A DNA stretch of 64,000 nucleotides from Takakia lepidozioides (lineage: Eukaryota; Plantae; Bryophyta), in the NCBI GenBank assembly GCA_030704615.1, contig CM060733.1:11656001-11720000 (forward strand), read 5' to 3'. Shown one piece after another: positions 59,402 through 64,000 of this stretch (positions are counted from its first letter, which is position 1; the number at the start of each line of letters is the position of its first letter). Position numbers and translations under genes: made by a program. The notes beneath the pieces were generated by a model that searched no databases, was not told the origin of the DNA, and saw only the letters and a program-made list of their open reading frames with translations.

Positions 59402-62400
59402 CTATGCTGCAACCTCTTGAGCAGTACTCCCTTCCTGCTCAGTCAATGACAAGGCCTCATCCTGCCCCATCATCTCATCATTGAGAACCTCCTCATCCCG
59501 AGAAGAATCCCCAACCTCATCCATCACAGCTGCCTTGGCTGCCAACTCCCTCTGAACCTCGAGCACCTCCCACGTGTGCCATGGATGTCTACACCCCGTG
59601 GTCCTCACCGGCTCGCCCCCACTCGCTGCCTGTACCGTCTCGGTAGGCAGAGAGACCGTCAAGGGAAGTGCACTCCGCACTCTACGTTGCTCAGCCATAG
59701 CCAAGCTGATAATCCAGGTCAAGCAATTGAGATCCATTGCTTGCCCCAACACCTGACGACGTGATGCCTCAGAAAGAGAAGGCACCGCCGTGGTCCCAGT
59801 GGAAAACCCATAGCCCGCTCTCGCTCGTCGGCATTAGGCTCCACTAACTGTTGCAACTGAGCATCCCACAGGAGGCCAGGTCCACCATCCCGAAAAGCAT
59901 GGGATCCTGGGAAGCTGAGCAGTGTAGGTAATGCTGCTCGTGGTTGACCCACCCTGTTGACCACTGCCAAAGGCGAACGGTCATCGTGTCTCACACGTTG
60001 AGACTGCCTCCCTGTGTCCAAAATGCCATCCACGGTGAGGTGTGCTGGCCGCTGCACCCCATCAAATGCACGCTTGAGCAGTGCGGGTGGCATCAAGTTA
60101 GTCCACCATAGCCGTGGACGATGAGCCCGTGACCCCACTGCAGCTGCATCCAGCAACACTGCTGACCCAAGCCACGACCGGACTTGATGCACACTGGCCA
60201 TCACCCTGGCCCGAGAATCACCCATCAGTGGCACATTCTCCAAGATGTATGCTGGAGATACAGCTTGATGAAGCTGCAAGTGGCGCAAAATCCGCACCAT
60301 CTCCCAAAACAGACCCGTCCTCGAGTCTCGCAATCCATTGCCATGCCCGGCTGATGAATGCCCTTGGCAGGGCCAACCTGCCACTACCAGATCAATGGAG
60401 CCAACCTGCTCCAAATCCTGCGCCCCCAGCAACGAAATGTCTGCTGGCAAGGCTTGTTGGTATCCACGAACTGCAGACACTGGCAACAAAGCAGGGTACT
60501 GCTGTACCAACTGAGCAACATGGCGCAGTGAGACGCGTCGTGCAGTCTCATCCCTCTCCACATACAGGTAACGCCTTACCCGCACACCTGCCTGTAGCAC
60601 AGCAGCCAATCCGGTGCTGATCCCGCCAAACAAGTCCAGAAGGCAAATGCCTTCATCCGGATACTGCCACACAATAGGTGTGGTATCCAATGGTGACAAC
60701 TGAGGTGGTCCTGGTGCAATACCCGCACTCTCCTCCTCTCCTGACGGTACAAAAGCCTCTACCCAGGCTTGTTGCACCCGTCGATCAGCAACCTGCTGCA
60801 AATCCTTGCTCGTACCCCACAATGGAGTGTGAGCAACCATGGCAGGCAACTCCGCCATACCATGCATGTCATCCTGCTCTGCTGGAGGTGGCACATCCTC
60901 TGCATGGGCATTGCCTTCCAGCAACTCTCCAGGCCAACTAACTGCAGCTGTAAAGGCGGCTAGTGTTGGCATCTTGCCCCGCTGGGCAGCCGCAATACCC
61001 CCAATGAATGTCACAGGGAGCTGTGCACGACGACCATCCCCTGACTGCCATCCAGGCCTGTAGGATGCTGACTCCTCCCAAAAGTCCAGGGTGAAGCCCA
61101 TGGGGTATAACACTGCCCCACCAACGAGGACATCGTAAGAGACCGCGTCTGTCACAATGGCCTTGGCTCGCATCACTGAGCCATCTATAGGATGATCCGG
61201 CTGCAGTCTAATGGCCAACTGATGCCGTGTCATGCCCCGAGCCTGCTCTGATCCTCCCAGAGATGTCTGTATCTGGAAAGGACAAGGCTCCATATCCGCC
61301 TCCATGAGGCCCAAACCTGCAATAGCAGCTCTGCCCAACATCAGTGGCTGAGCTCCCGAGTCCAACAAGACCCGCAGTGGCCGGTACTTCTTGCCTGCCG
61401 GTCCACTCAAAGAGAAAATGCCATCCTGGTTGTCTAACAAGACAACTCCAGGTGTCACCATGGCGCGCTCAAAGGCTGGCCTAGCTGGCAGCTCCGTCAA
61501 CCTGGCAGCTGCAGCTTGCCATGGCGCAGCCGTGGCAGTCTTGACCCTCAAATCCGAGGATCCCTCTGCCACTACACCTTCCACTAACTCCGCAGAAGAT
61601 GAAGTGACCTCCCCACTCTCACAGAGTGTTGCTGCTAGTCTGAACACTGCAGCTGGTCTTACCCCCGGCGTCGCAATCATGGTTGCCGAGAACAGTGGGG
61701 CTTGACACACAGAGGTGGCTGCCCCCAACAACACACCGGCTGCACTAGCCTTGGCAGCAGGTGTCAGTGCTGCACGTGTAGCTCTCCCCAATGGCATAGT
61801 AACCTCCGCCTCGGTAACAGTCGGGCGAGAACTAGGTGCCATGGATGGCGTCGACACTGTCTCCGCCAATGTGAATGACTGAGGAAGCCTCGCCTGACGG
61901 CTTGCCTCCCCACGTTGTGGATCCAACTCCACCTCTGCACCTCGTGGCTCAGGAACTCGTGCTGCTCCTCGAGTCACGGCTGCAGCAGACTCCACCTGCT
62001 CTAGTGGTAGTGCTGCTCCGCACATGAATCCCATGCCTCCCATATCTCCTCCCTCAGGAGCAGGAGGTGGACCATCCCGCCTGGGAGCCGGTACCGCCTG
62101 AGCTGTAGCCATGGCAGCGAGCCTCTGCTCTAGCTGCTGAAGCCGGTTGGCCATGCCTTGGTCAACACCCTGACCTCCGCGTCCTTGGCCATGTTGAGCT
62201 TGCCCTTGGCCTGCACCTCGTGCCCGACCACCTCGTCCTCTCTGGGCTGGTCCACCTCGCCCCCGGCCACCATTGTTCCCTTGGAACTGGCCTGGGCGCA
62301 ACTCAGGATGCAAGTCATAACACTGGGCATCTCCATGCCCATACTTGCCACAATGCCCACACTGCAACTGTGCAGGCTGTGCTTGTGCCGGCCTTTTGCC

Positions 62401-63606
62401 ACTCTCTGGGCAATCTCTCTTGACATGGGGTCCTCCACATGTCCAACATATCACCCCTGGTTGCTGTTGGCCTGCAAAAGATGCCACGGGCCTCTGCACC
62501 TGAGGTCCCCTGTAAGCTCCATGGAACTTGGGTTGGGAAACCTTGCCCCCCTGACCACGCTGTTGGGCAGTCCCTTGTGCCTGTGGGCTGGCAGCTGCGC
62601 CTCGTGCAGGCATGTCCTTGCCAAATCCAATGGTAACAACTCGCTCCTCCACCATGTTGAGCTCAATCCGCTCAGCCAGCAGAAACACATCTGCTAATGT
62701 GGGTTGGGCTGCTTGTAACAGGGTTGCATCCCGCACCCTTCTCCTGAGCTCCTTGTCCAAAATTCCATACCAGAACTGGATTGCCTGAGCTTCAGTAACC
62801 CCTTGGGTCACACTTATCAAGCGCCTCATACGAGTGTAGGCCTCTCGCAAGCTCTCACTGGGTTTGCGCTGGAAGTCTTGCAAACTTCGCAGCTTCTCTG
62901 TCCGTACACCTTGGTAGTTCCTCCGCAACTCCTGGAAGAACTCCACCACCGGGTTGAATCTAGGCACATGTGTTGTAGTCGTGGCAGGAGGAGTAGTAGC
63001 ACCTTTTGAACTGGTACCACCTGCAGAAGTACCGGCACTACTTGTTCCACTACTAGTGCTGGCAGTGGGAGATATTGGTACTGATGCAGCTACTGGTCGC
63101 GTCGTGCCTCGAGTAATGGAGACGTAGTCAGGTGACCAATACATCCTCCACTCCTCAATCTCTGCTTCATGTCCTCGCCTGAACTCGTGGTAATCGTCCA
63201 TAGGCGGGCCTTCCAAATGCTGGAACAGTCCCTTCCACGCCATGAATGGGGTGAATAGCTGTGGATTGCGCATCTGCTGCAAATCACACCAGCTGTCGAA
63301 CTCCTGGATAAAGTCATCCAACTCGATTGTGCCCACAGCTCCAGAGTACCTACGAGGCCCCTTGGTAGCTCCATACATCTCCTCCATGTCGTCCCACAAC
63401 AATGGCGAATGAAACTGCACACCTGTTGATGAAGCCTCCGAGTCTGTGTCTGACTCTGCACTAGTTGAGGGTGGAGGTGAAGGTGGTCTGAACGAACACC
63501 TCGTCTGTGAACCCACTCTCACTGTTACTGCCTGTAGCCGTACTCCCCTCAAACCCTGGGTAACTCCGTAATGACACTCACAATGTGCACCTCCCCCACG
63601 TGACAC
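59402..63606 (-). CDS. Gag-zinc knuckles-aspartic protease-C5 cytosine methyltransferase polyprotein (one -1 frame change at ~59803)
   Basis: CWTCGGPHVKRDC, CGHCGKYGHGDAQC, LLDSGA. MTase motifs: I LLDLFGGI, II YVERD, IV AGWPCQG, VI ILENV, VIII RAHRPRLWWTNL, IX ERERAMGFP, and X RRQVLGQAM (in the shifted frame). Confidence 0.92.
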
Positions 63607-64000
63607 TATAAGGCTCTAGTACTAATTCTAATAGTGACACGGGTAGGCACGGGTGGGCACCTGTTGCAGTAAGGGTCATATCCCAGTGGCTCAGGGCACC
63701 TGCACCTGCATCCACCGCAAGAACTCCTATGGTTGGCTGGTCATCAACCCAGTCTCACCATAGAAGAAACACTGGTGGTCTTGCTGGTCATCACTCCAGC
63801 CTCACCACCGACAACATACTCTAGGATTGACCGGTGATCAAATCCGGCCTAATCCCTATGAAAGCAAGCGCCCACACAAAACCAACATGGCGCACAGTCA
63901 AGCATGCAGGTGTTGGGGGGGATCCAAACACAAGAAATCAAAACATCAACACCCCCACACCAAAATCCAGCTACAATGCTGATCCTGCAGAATATCCCAG

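Larger units (their letters stand above)
55492..64000 (-). mobile_element. Ty3/gypsy LTR retrotransposon encoding a DNMT3-like C5 methyltransferase and PHD finger (5' LTR outside window)
   Basis: Domain order Gag-2xCCHC-PR-DNMT-RT-RH-INT-PHD, then PPT and LTR. Confidence 0.93.

Noticed and set aside
59690-60655. Host DNMT3/DRM gene or bacterial restriction-modification contaminant
   Set aside because: It is intronless, in frame with Gag-protease, and contiguous with Pol; there are no host regulatory domains and no restriction enzyme partner.

Overview
Eukaryotic nuclear DNA from a land plant. Moss/bryophyte-like features include spliceosomal introns, PPR-DYW relics, XIP aquaporins with Gln at H2, and an ALE2-type kinase. 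Intact-looking genes are tRNA-Asp(GTC), two XIP aquaporin paralogues (12.2-15.4 kb and 39.8-41.9 kb) and an 8-exon ALE2-like receptor kinase (45.6-52.5 kb). The rest is mostly transposon debris and pseudogene fragments. The main finding is at the right end: a Ty3/gypsy LTR retrotransposon (minus strand) with Gag-CCHC-protease, then a DNMT3-like C5 cytosine methyltransferase, then RT-RNaseH-integrase-PHD finger. Its only two internal frame breaks before the integrase sit on sequences matching known recoding signals (G_GGT_TTT plus a hairpin; TAG-CAACCA). A second, unrelated methyltransferase-like gene (beta-class amino-MTase signature) lies at 27.3-30.9 kb, with a 146-bp internally palindromic satellite in an intron. 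A hAT element has been split into three rearranged pieces whose two ends still share one 8-bp TSD. All calls come from reading the sequence and motifs by eye; no searches were run.
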